Shown: positions 1 through 8,489 of the stretch, one piece after another | How the letters are laid out: every line of letters begins with the position of its first letter | Position numbering within the stretch: the first letter of the stretch is position 1 | Translations under genes and position numbers: made by a program | Source of the DNA: Acutalibacteraceae bacterium | GTDB lineage: Bacteria; Bacillota; Clostridia; Oscillospirales; Acutalibacteraceae | DNA: 64,000 nt | NCBI GenBank assembly: GCA_050953725.1 | Contig: JBMNNB010000003.1 | Location: forward strand, 463,244-527,243 | Reading direction: 5' to 3' | The notes under the pieces: model-generated | Database searches by the model: none | Seen by the model: only the letters and a program-made list of their open reading frames with translations | Told to the model about the DNA's origin: nothing

Positions 1-381
1 AAAAAGGCCCTGATTCCGATTTATGTCTCGGTCTTACTGACCGGACTGTATTTCGGCTTTAATATGTGGTGGCTGCCCTACATCTATATTTGGACAATAC
101 TGTGGGCTGTTACTATGGCGCTGCCACGGAATATGTCGAAAAAGGCAAGGTATATTGTATATCCAATAGTCTGCTGCCTGCACGGTCTGCTTTACGGCAC
201 ACTCTACGCCCCTGCTCAGGCGCTTATGATGGGGCTCGGCTTCAAGGCCATGCTCGCCTGGATTGTGTCCGGCCTGCCGTGGGATTTGGTACACGGCGCA
301 GGAAACCTCGTGGCGGGGCTGCTGCTTGTCCCATTGGCAGAGCTACTGGGGAAATTACAGAAGGCGAATATAAGCATATAA
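1..381 (+). CDS. C-terminal part of a polytopic membrane protein (5' end outside window)
   Basis: Frame 1 is open from base 1 (KKALIPIYVSVLLTGLYFGFN) into listed ORF 64..381. Hydrophobic helices throughout. Stop TAA 379-381 is followed by a terminator. Confidence 0.5.
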   Translation, partial: KKALIPIYVSVLLTGLYFGFNMWWLPYIYIWTILWAVTMALPRNMSKKARYIVYPIVCCLHGLLYGTLYAPAQALMMGLGFKAMLAWIVSGLPWDLVHGAGNLVAGLLLVPLAELLGKLQKANISI

Positions 382-414
382 AAACTCCGCTGCGTGGTTC
401 AGCGGAGTTTTTTT
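382..414 (+). terminator. Rho-independent terminator
   Basis: AAACTCCGCTG (382-392) pairs with CAGCGGAGTTT (400-410), an 11-bp stem followed by a T-run to 414. Confidence 0.8.
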
Positions 415-459
415 GGTGGGTGAGCAATGCTTCCGATATTAAGTGAATAGAATGCACAA

Positions 460-487
460 AGCCCCGACAAGCTTACTTGCCGGGGCT
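460..487 (-). terminator. possible terminator hairpin of the giant adhesin gene
   Basis: AGCCCCG (460-466) pairs with CGGGGCT (481-487), 14 nt past the stop at 501. The trailing T-tract on the minus strand is weak. Confidence 0.35.
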
Positions 488-500
488 GTTTCAGATATAC

Positions 501-3500
501 TTAGCCGCCAAAGGATCTGCCGGTTACGTCGAAGAGCTTCTGGATAGCAATTATTATGCTTTCGAACCACTTTGCGATCTTCTCCCAGAAGGTGAGGGTG
601 ATCTCTTTGATGGTATCGGTTACGGCAAGCTGCTCGGGAGCGAAGAAGGGCTGAACCTCATTGTCGCCGATATTTACCTTCAGGTAAATCTTGCTTCCGA
701 CATCCTGCGAGCTGATTACATACGTTGCGTCGGTTCCGATGATTGTGTATGTGCCCTCCGGGCCTTCCGGATCGCCTCTGAACCATGTGTACTTGACATA
801 GGGCTTGGCTTCATTGGGTATGCCCCTGACCGATGCATAGATTGTCTTTGTCTCTTCAAAGGTACCGACTATTGAAATCTGCGGAGTCAGCTGCCTGATA
901 TTTACAACAAGCGGAACGAGCTGACTGATGCTGTTGTAGTTGGCGTACTCGTCGGGCTGGAACACTACCATGTAGCTTCTGCCTGAGCCGAGCTCGGTCG
1001 GGACTATTGAGATGTCCTCGAATACAAACTGGCCGGGTGTTGCAACAGGTATCTGATAGTCGTCCCTGAACTGGGCGCTTGCAAGCGGCAGACCGTACTC
1101 AATCGTCGCCTGTGACGGGAATACAACGCCTGTCGGGGTGGCCTTTACGATTTCAACCACGATGCCTGTATCAATTGAAAGGTTGTAGTTATTTGCCCTT
1201 GCACCCGTGAGAATCGGAGGAGTGAAGGTGACCGCTCTTAAGCCTACATTGGGTGAAGGAATGGTACCTGTGGTTGAGGTGAAGGACAGGGAAACATCGT
1301 CGTTGTTGACTACTCCGTTGATTGCGCTGAAGTTTACGGTTACGGTTGTATTGGCAGGAGCATATGGCCTTGAAACTGCCGTTGCAACTGCGGATACATT
1401 CTTCTTAACGACTGTGAGTGTACCTGTCTGAAGTACGAACTGATAGTTATTGCTGGTGTATCCGCCGGAAAGGGTTATCAGGTACTCGCCTACATCGGCA
1501 TACTGTGCATAAGGTGTGTTGAAGTTTACGTTACCGCCGGTGATTGAGTTAAGAGCGTTGTCGTTGCCCTTGAAGCCCGTAAAGCTCAAGGTAAAGCTCG
1601 GAACGGGTGAGCCGTACACAAGGCCGATTACATCGTTGGGCTTGACATATACTGTTGCCTTATTTACCATGAGCGGAACGGCAACATTTATGCTGTTGTA
1701 GTTATGAGTATCTGCCGGTACAAACAGTGCCATGTATGCGGCAACATCGGGAGTGGGTATGATTTCGGGGTCTACCCAGCTCCAGCCGCCCGTAAGCGGG
1801 ATGTCCGCAAGTGTGGTTGCCGGGTCGTAGACTAAATCAGCAAGCTGCGGCAGTACATAAGACGGGTCTGCCTTGGTGATTGTAACCGTCGGATTGTTTA
1901 CGATTACTCTCAGCTTGTAGTTGGCAGCATCTGCGCCGATAAGTGCGGGCAGCGTCCACTGGTCTTCGGAAACGAGAGGCTTGTTAACGCCTGCGTCGGG
2001 AGTTTCCACATAGGCGGTTGCAGTGTTCTGAGCATAGTTTACAGTATCGCCTGCAACTACATTGCTGAGGCCGTTCTGGAACGACAGTGTAACACTTGTT
2101 GTGCCGTTATAGGGTCTTGATACGGTCACGGCCGGGACTGTAACCTCACGCTGAAGTATGGTACCTGTGGTATTCTGAATCTTCAGGTTGTAGTTACCTG
2201 CATCGGGGCCCGTAATCAGAAGTCCCGTAAGGGTTACAGGCTTATTCGTTCCGGCGTTTTTATTGTTAAAGGTTGCCGTCACGCCCGTGGTGGTGAGCAA
2301 TACCTGATCGTCGCCAAGCGGGTGGACTAAAAGATTCGAGTAGGTTGCATTTGCATTTCCGTCATAGGTCTTTGTGTTTACGGTGTATGTGGCATAGAGG
2401 TCGACCTTTCTTATTTCGAAGGAGCCGAGATATACGCCGACGGCTGACGCAAACTCATCGTTGCCTGCAAAGTCAACGGTTATAGTATATGTGCCTGCGT
2501 TCTTGGGTGCAATTGTCGAGCCGTTATAGAGAACGGTGAAGGGACCTACATCGTTCCTCGGCAGCACCTCAAGCGGGTGAGTCTGTGCGTCATAGTCGAT
2601 ATTCTGCGGCGGTGTAAATACGAGGTTGCCGACTGAGGGGATTTGCTTGAGCTGTGTTATTACCGGGCTTGTGACCGTGATTACGCCCTCGAAGGGTCCG
2701 TTTGCGGTGACCGTAAGAACGGCTACATAGTTAATGTAATCCTCGGTTAATACGCCCGTGTCGGAGCTTGTGGAGATTTCAACATTGTTTATTACCCATG
2801 AATAGCTCAGGAATTCGTGGGCCTCAGAGGGAACAATACCTGTGACATCGGCTGACAGGGTGCTTGTCGCCATTGCGATACCCTCTATCGAAACGGAGCC
2901 GCTGATGCTGCGCCTGTTGACGATTACAAGAACCTCGCCGACAACATCGTTATAGTTTACCGAGTCCTCGGGACGGAAGGTGGCGGGATAGGTCCCGCCC
3001 TCCTCGAATGTGGGAACCGTTGTCACGTTGTTGAATACGAAGGTGCCGGGGACCGACGCCTGCCACGAGCTCCATGCCGGGGCACTGAGGTTATCAAGGT
3101 AGGTAACGGTGGCTGTGGGCCATGTGGTGATGACCGGGTCAGCCTTGACAACATAAAGTATGCCTCGCTCGAACTCGAAGTTATAGTTATTACTGCTCAA
3201 AGAGCCCTGTGCTACGGAGATGAGATAGCCTCCCGGTGTAACCGGTGAGCCGACTGTATAATCACAGGAGAATGCAGGTGAGCCTATAAGGTCGTTATTG
3301 CTGTCATTGTCGTATGCTACCCAGCCGGAATAGGAGACAGTGAAGGCGGGAACAGGCGAACCGTAAGGAATTGAAACATCGTCGCCCTTGACTCTTAAGG
3401 TTGCCTTTGTTACGGTCAGGGTGCCGGGGATGTAGTTAAAGGTGTAGTTAGCAGATGTAAGTCCGCTGAAGTTGATGGCATAGGTTCCGACAGGAGAGCC

Positions 3501-6014
3501 GACTGCATAGGCGCAGTTAAAGGTGACGCCCGATGTGTTGACGCTGCTTGCCGGAGTGTCGCCGTAGAAGAAGTTAGCGGCGTTGTAGGTAAAGGTATAT
3601 TGCGGTGCGGCGGAGCCGTAAACCACTGACTTATTCTCTGCGGTTACATTTACGGTTGCCTTGTTGACTGTGAGAATACCGCTCTCGAAGGTGTAGTAGT
3701 AGTTGTCACTCATCGGGTTGCCCGAAAGGATAATCTGGTATGTGCCTACGCCTCTCTTAGCCGGGTCATCCCTGTCATAGTCGGTGGAGGCGGTGATGTT
3801 GCCGGTTCTCGGAGGAGGATTTGCAATATCCGGGCCGATAAAGCCGCTGAAGGTATAGGTGAAGGCAGGCTCTGCCTGGCCGTAGGTCGTGGACTTATTG
3901 TCCGCTTTGATAACAACGGGAGCCTTAGTTATGGTAATGGGTATATTAAAGTTTACTATGTTGTAGTTTACCGTATCCGCAGGAGTGAAGGTTGCGGGAT
4001 AGCTTGCAACACTTACAGTCGGAACAGTCGACGGAGAATCCCATGTTACGCCTGCCGGCAGTGAGAGCGATGAGAGAACCCTTGTGGGGTCATAGGACAT
4101 GGGGCTGAAGGAAACGGCCGGCGGCGTGGGAGTTGCCTTGGAGATGTTCACTCTTACGGGCAGGTTGCTGACGCTGACCGCATAGTTGCCTGCCTTTGCG
4201 CCTGCAAGTGCGGGAATGGTGAAGGTTACCTCCTTGCCGGAGCCGACATTCATATCGGCAACGGTTCCCGTTACCGTAGAGGTTGAAAGATAAACCTGGT
4301 CATTATTGAGTATGCCTAAGAGCGTGCCGAAGTTGACGGTGACATTTGCAGTGCCGTCATAGACACGGTCTACTGCTGTGGCAGTAACGGTAAGAGGAGC
4401 CGGAGTTACCGTAACGTTTGAAGCGGGGCCTACAACGAAGTTATAGTTCGGGCCGCTGACGCCTGCAACGGAAACATTTATCGGATAAGTGCCCACATTC
4501 GCATACTGAACATAGGAGCTGCTTGCGGTGGGTCTTGTGCTGCCGGTAAATACGCCGGCTGTATTTTCATTCTCGCCTAATACAAAGCCAGAGTAGACTA
4601 TCTCATAGGTTCTGGGGTTGGTACCGTATTCCTGAGTGACGGGCTTTGCCGTAACGGTAACGGTTGCCTTGTTTACGGTTATGGTGAATGTACGGTATAC
4701 GGTGTTATAGTTTGTGTCGGTCGGGATAAAGGTTGCGCCGTAGAGTGTGGTGTTGCTGTTTGCAACGGCGGGAGTTACATCGGGACTGTCGAATGCCCAG
4801 GTACCGGTAAGTCCGGGCGCAAGCTGTACCGTAGCCTGAGCTAAGCTCTGGCCGTAGGTCAGGGTTACCGTCGGGTTTCCCGGGTTAGGCGTTGCCTTTT
4901 GTATCGTGACCGTGCCTGTCGCAGTTGCCGCATTTACATTTCGGCCGCCGTTTCGGACAGCCGTATCGTCCGCCAGGGTTACCCTGACATCATATGTACC
5001 CGCATTTGTCGGATAGGAAGACAACCAGACGCCGGTTCCCTGAATGCTGAACTCATAAGTTACGCCTATCTTGCCGGGGGTGCTGCCGTCGACATTGTAG
5101 TAGGAGGTAATGTCATCGGTTCCCGCAAATACGTTAATGTTAAATAAGGTATTATAGCCTCTCGCTGAGCCCGTATAGACAGGACTCAGGTCATTTATCG
5201 TAATGGTCGGAGTCGAGGCCGTACTCTTTCTGTAAACAACTCTGATAATATAGTTATTGGTGGCATTGACAGTAAACACGTTATTGGCAGGGATGGCGGA
5301 TGTAGAAACACTGGCTGCATTAGCGTTCGACCTTGCCATATAGTTTCTGGCGTCAATATAGTAATAATATGTATAACCGGGAGTTACTATCGGGTTAATT
5401 GTTATATTGGCGCCGTTTGCAACATTGTAAATCTGGCTGCCTGTGCTTGGATTTGTAACAGCAGATTTCCAGCCTACATTGCTTGAAACAGTAACGGTAC
5501 CTATGTTTGCATTCGGCGATGAGGTGATTGTGCCGAGATAGTCATATTCGATACGAAGAACTGTGCTGCCGCTGTAAGGAGTACCGCCGGAAATGAATGT
5601 CTGACCGCCGTGGCTGGTGGGCGAGCCGCCGTTAGCGGCTGAGACATTCGATACAGTATTGCCGTATGCGTCTATGTAACTGTTAGTCTGAATAGCCTGG
5701 TGTACCCATGTTGAGGAGCCGTAGGAGCCGTCACGGGAAATAGTCGAGGTTGCATTACCGCCTGTGATAACCGGGGATTTGGAACCTGCGAATATGTACT
5801 GATAGTGAGTTACTCTGGGCTTCTTGGTAGAACGGGACTGGGCCCAATGAGTAATAGTACCGCCGTTGAATGTGAAGGAACCCTCGTTGACTATGGCGTA
5901 TGAATAATGCTCTATACGCTTATCTTCTTTACCGGTGTTTTTTGCACCGGCATCTGAGCTGATATCAAGTGTACCGGCGTTCATCTCTGCAGGTGGCACC
6001 GGATTCAACAACAA
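501..6014 (-). CDS. giant MBG/YDG-repeat surface (adhesin-like) protein, main body (1,837 codons)
   Basis: Longest ORF in the window. Many tandem ~80-90 aa modules carry the MBG/YDG signature (e.g. VYGSPVPSFTLSFTGFKGNDN...VGEYLITLSGGYTSNNYQFVLQTGTLTVVKK; VDRVYDGTANVTV). There is no LPXTG. It ends in the amphipathic helix FWEKIAKWFESIIIAIQKLF. The listed TTG start at 6014 has no RBS and lies 2 codons after an in-frame TAA, so it is probably not a real start. Confidence 0.85.
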   Translation of the reverse strand: MLLNPVPPAEMNAGTLDISSDAGAKNTGKEDKRIEHYSYAIVNEGSFTFNGGTITHWAQSRSTKKPRVTHYQYIFAGSKSPVITGGNATSTISRDGSYGSSTWVHQAIQTNSYIDAYGNTVSNVSAANGGSPTSHGGQTFISGGTPYSGSTVLRIEYDYLGTITSSPNANIGTVTVSSNVGWKSAVTNPSTGSQIYNVANGANITINPIVTPGYTYYYYIDARNYMARSNANAASVSTSAIPANNVFTVNATNNYIIRVVYRKSTASTPTITINDLSPVYTGSARGYNTLFNINVFAGTDDITSYYNVDGSTPGKIGVTYEFSIQGTGVWLSSYPTNAGTYDVRVTLADDTAVRNGGRNVNAATATGTVTIQKATPNPGNPTVTLTYGQSLAQATVQLAPGLTGTWAFDSPDVTPAVANSNTTLYGATFIPTDTNYNTVYRTFTITVNKATVTVTAKPVTQEYGTNPRTYEIVYSGFVLGENENTAGVFTGSTRPTASSSYVQYANVGTYPINVSVAGVSGPNYNFVVGPASNVTVTPAPLTVTATAVDRVYDGTANVTVNFGTLLGILNNDQVYLSTSTVTGTVADMNVGSGKEVTFTIPALAGAKAGNYAVSVSNLPVRVNISKATPTPPAVSFSPMSYDPTRVLSSLSLPAGVTWDSPSTVPTVSVASYPATFTPADTVNYNIVNFNIPITITKAPVVIKADNKSTTYGQAEPAFTYTFSGFIGPDIANPPPRTGNITASTDYDRDDPAKRGVGTYQIILSGNPMSDNYYYTFESGILTVNKATVNVTAENKSVVYGSAAPQYTFTYNAANFFYGDTPASSVNTSGVTFNCAYAVGSPVGTYAINFSGLTSANYTFNYIPGTLTVTKATLRVKGDDVSIPYGSPVPAFTVSYSGWVAYDNDSNNDLIGSPAFSCDYTVGSPVTPGGYLISVAQGSLSSNNYNFEFERGILYVVKADPVITTWPTATVTYLDNLSAPAWSSWQASVPGTFVFNNVTTVPTFEEGGTYPATFRPEDSVNYNDVVGEVLVIVNRRSISGSVSIEGIAMATSTLSADVTGIVPSEAHEFLSYSWVINNVEISTSSDTGVLTEDYINYVAVLTVTANGPFEGVITVTSPVITQLKQIPSVGNLVFTPPQNIDYDAQTHPLEVLPRNDVGPFTVLYNGSTIAPKNAGTYTITVDFAGNDEFASAVGVYLGSFEIRKVDLYATYTVNTKTYDGNANATYSNLLVHPLGDDQVLLTTTGVTATFNNKNAGTNKPVTLTGLLITGPDAGNYNLKIQNTTGTILQREVTVPAVTVSRPYNGTTSVTLSFQNGLSNVVAGDTVNYAQNTATAYVETPDAGVNKPLVSEDQWTLPALIGADAANYKLRVIVNNPTVTITKADPSYVLPQLADLVYDPATTLADIPLTGGWSWVDPEIIPTPDVAAYMALFVPADTHNYNSINVAVPLMVNKATVYVKPNDVIGLVYGSPVPSFTLSFTGFKGNDNALNSITGGNVNFNTPYAQYADVGEYLITLSGGYTSNNYQFVLQTGTLTVVKKNVSAVATAVSRPYAPANTTVTVNFSAINGVVNNDDVSLSFTSTTGTIPSPNVGLRAVTFTPPILTGARANNYNLSIDTGIVVEIVKATPTGVVFPSQATIEYGLPLASAQFRDDYQIPVATPGQFVFEDISIVPTELGSGRSYMVVFQPDEYANYNSISQLVPLVVNIRQLTPQISIVGTFEETKTIYASVRGIPNEAKPYVKYTWFRGDPEGPEGTYTIIGTDATYVISSQDVGSKIYLKVNIGDNEVQPFFAPEQLAVTDTIKEITLTFWEKIAKWFESIIIAIQKLFDVTGRSFGG

Positions 6015-6708
6015 TACCCTTTAAGCGAAGATAAACAGTGGGGTCGGATTTTCCGTTCATTGTACCTTTGGGAGAAAGGTGAAGGTAAGACTTAACATTG
6101 ACTGCGCCGCCGTTCTGAACAAAGCGGCCGCCGGATTTTACGGCGACACCGAGGGGGTCGGAATAACCGTCGGCGCCTTTGTCGAAGGTGCCGGTATCAT
6201 TACCGCTGACATAGGTTTCAGCCTTGATGTTGCCGCTTTCGAGAATAACGGTTCCGCTTGTACGGATAAACTCAACCGAAGCATTGCAGTTAATCTGACC
6301 CGTATGGTCCTGATAAGCACTGAGAGTACCGGAAGAGCTGCCCCTGATTGTAAGGGTTACTCCGGAACCTACGGTAAAAACAGGAGTAGGGAGCCTGTTG
6401 CTTCTGTCACCGCTCCAAGAAACTGTATAGCTTTGCAAATCAAGGGTTATGGACTTTGACCCTGAAACCGAGAGGGCTGTCCTTGCCATATCAATATTGG
6501 CGGTGACCTTGATTGTATCACCGTTGGCAGCATTGTTCAAAGCAGTCTGTAGTGAAGCGGCGCTGTTTGCCGTCAATTCAGCTGCTTCTGCCTTGGGTGC
6601 GGTCTGGGTAATTACCGCTGCCATTACGCCTGCAACCATACATAAAGTCAAAACCATAACTACCGTTTTGCTGAAGGCAGCTTTAAGGTTTTCAGGCTTT
6701 GTCCTCAT
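5965..6708 (-). CDS. signal-peptide-bearing N-terminal segment of the giant adhesin-like protein (separated by a frameshift)
   Basis: ATG at 6708 is preceded by AAGGAGG. N-terminal TM/signal peptide VVMVLTLCMVAGVMAAVITQTAPKAEA. GG/NGG-rich beta-helix-like repeats continue in ORF 501..6014. Stop TGA 5965-5967 overlaps that ORF by 50 nt. Confidence 0.7.
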   Translation of the reverse strand: MRTKPENLKAAFSKTVVMVLTLCMVAGVMAAVITQTAPKAEAAELTANSAASLQTALNNAANGDTIKVTANIDMARTALSVSGSKSITLDLQSYTVSWSGDRSNRLPTPVFTVGSGVTLTIRGSSSGTLSAYQDHTGQINCNASVEFIRTSGTVILESGNIKAETYVSGNDTGTFDKGADGYSDPLGVAVKSGGRFVQNGGAVNVKSYLHLSPKGTMNGKSDPTVYLRLKGIVVESGATCRDERRYT

Positions 6709-6815
6709 AATTTGTTCCTCCTTAATTTTTGCGGGATAAGAAAGGCCTTTAAAAATCAGTTTGGTACACTTCACTAAAAAAAGTCAAAAATACAACTATA
6801 TAATGATTCATACTA

Positions 6816-6844
6816 ATTATATAATCTGAGAATCGCTGTGTCAA
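6816..6844 (-). promoter_or_regulatory. consensus sigma-A-type promoter for the giant adhesin gene
   Basis: On the minus strand: TTGACA (6844-6839), 17-nt spacer, TATAAT (6821-6816). Lies about 100 nt upstream of ATG 6708. Confidence 0.7.
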
Positions 6845-7001
6845 GCTATTTAAGGGACTGAATGTTAATTTCCCCCACATTCCGTCGGGAGTTTGGCTGC
6901 TGTTCTCTCTGCCCCAAACGCCCTTTTTTTGCGGCGCTTATTCTCACCTTAAAAACACCTTTTGCATAACTTTCGGCAAGGGATATTTTTACCTTTTTTT
7001 G

Positions 7002-7030
7002 TTGACACTTTTTGTTTTGGCGGATAGAAT
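7002..7030 (+). promoter_or_regulatory. promoter of the PHP gene
   Basis: TTGACA (7002-7007), 17-nt spacer, TAGAAT (7025-7030). Confidence 0.6.
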
Positions 7031-7074
7031 AGCCCTTGTTGATACTTCGCCGCTTGGCAGCAGAAAAGAGGAGC

Positions 7075-8106
7075 ATGATGAGAACATATCTTTTGCCCGA
7101 AGAAGGCAGGTTTTACAAGGCAAATCTGCACTGTCACAGTACGCTTTCCGACGGGGACCTAACGCCCGAGCAGCTTAAAGAGGCCTACAAGCGCAAGGGC
7201 TATTCGATTTTATCCATAACTGACCATGAACGACTCAATAATCACTCATATCTTGATGACGAGGATTTTCTCACAATTACGGGCTTTGAGCTTGAGGTGC
7301 TGGAAAAGTCAGAGCTGCCCAACAAGCTTAAAAGGACCTGCCACATCAACTTCTTTGCAAAGGACAGAAACAACACCTCGCTGTTTGCCTTTGACACCAT
7401 GTATTTCTGGCGCCAGGACCCCGAGAAGGTAAAGCAGCTTAAGCACACCGGGCCCGACGACTATGAGCGTGTATATTCTGCCGAGGGCGTCAACGAAGTT
7501 TTGAGATTAGCTAAGGAAAACGGCTTTTTGTCCTCGTTCAATCATCCCCAGTGGTCGCTTCAGAACTATGAGGATTACCGTGACTATGAGGGCTTCACAA
7601 TGATGGAGATATATAACTTCTCCAGTGACATTGACGGCTCCTTTGCCTATGCGGCCAAGGATTATGACAATATGCTCAGAGACGGAAAGCGCCTCTTTGT
7701 CTGCGCCACGGACGACAACCACAACCGTTTCCCGGAGGGACATCCCCATTGCGACTCCTTCGGCGGCTTTACCTTTATTAAGGCCAAAGAGCTTACATAC
7801 GAAGCGGTCATAAATGCCCTCGAAAAGGGCGACTTCTACGCTTCAATGGGTCCTGAGATTTATGAGCTTTATGTGGAGGACGGCAAGGTGCATCTGACCT
7901 GCTCGCCGGCGCAGCGCATAATCATGACGCCCAAGGGCAGAAACTTCGAGTGCGTATCCGCCCGTGAGGGTGAGTTTGTTACCGAAGCGGTCTATGAGCT
8001 GAATGACTTACAGTATGAGGAATATTTCCGCTTTGAGGTGATTGACGGCAGGGGCAAGCGTGCCGCCACAAGGGCCTACTACTTAGACGAAATGGGTCTG
8101 AAATAA
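7075..8106 (+). CDS. PHP-domain metal-dependent phosphoesterase
   Basis: NLHCHSTLSDG and ILSITDHE motifs typical of the PHP fold. ATG 7075 follows AGAGGAG; the listed TTG at 7036 has no RBS. Confidence 0.75.
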   Translation: MMRTYLLPEEGRFYKANLHCHSTLSDGDLTPEQLKEAYKRKGYSILSITDHERLNNHSYLDDEDFLTITGFELEVLEKSELPNKLKRTCHINFFAKDRNNTSLFAFDTMYFWRQDPEKVKQLKHTGPDDYERVYSAEGVNEVLRLAKENGFLSSFNHPQWSLQNYEDYRDYEGFTMMEIYNFSSDIDGSFAYAAKDYDNMLRDGKRLFVCATDDNHNRFPEGHPHCDSFGGFTFIKAKELTYEAVINALEKGDFYASMGPEIYELYVEDGKVHLTCSPAQRIIMTPKGRNFECVSAREGEFVTEAVYELNDLQYEEYFRFEVIDGRGKRAATRAYYLDEMGLK

Positions 8107-8119
8107 GAGCAAATATACG

Positions 8120-8143
8120 AACCGCCCATTCGGGCGGTTTTTT
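8120..8143 (+). terminator. Rho-independent terminator (PHP gene)
   Basis: ACCGCCC (8121-8127) pairs with GGGCGGT (8132-8138), followed by a T-run. Confidence 0.8.
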
Positions 8144-8151
8144 GATTTATG

Positions 8152-8180
8152 CAAACAAAAATCCCCCTTGACGGGGGATT
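8152..8180 (-). terminator. Rho-independent terminator for the minus-strand gene ending at 8193
   Basis: ATCCCCC (8161-8167) pairs with GGGGGAT (8173-8179). On the minus strand it is followed by TTTTGTTTG. Confidence 0.75.
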
Positions 8181-8192
8181 TGGTTTTGTGAG

Positions 8193-8489
8193 TTATCTTG
8201 AGAAGATGGTCTCAAAGAAAATCTTAATCTTAGCGAAGAAATCCTTTAACAGCTGGATTATCGAGCCGAACATGGTCAGCGGCGAATCCGGGTCGGAGGG
8301 AATATTGCCTCTTATGTCGTTGATTATCAGCATAAGTCCGGAGGTGTCGCCCTCAAAGACGTTCGGCAGCTCGGAGATCAAATCCATAAGTCCGTACTGC
8401 GAATTCTCAAACAGCTCTACTATATCCTGAGTATACGGGAATATCATCTGTATGACCGTATACAGCATCGACAGAACCTGGTCGTCCAA
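8193..8489 (-). CDS. probable frameshifted C-terminal segment of the 8407..12633 protein
   Basis: No RBS before the TTG start. The frame opens only 4 codons upstream (TAA at 8502-8504). The real terminator lies just after this ORF, not after the stop at 8407. The C-terminus FFAKIKIFFETIF resembles the C-terminus of the MBG giant. Confidence 0.5.
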   Translation of the reverse strand: MDDQVLSMLYTVIQMIFPYTQDIVELFENSQYGLMDLISELPNVFEGDTSGLMLIINDIRGNIPSDPDSPLTMFGSIIQLLKDFFAKIKIFFETIFSR

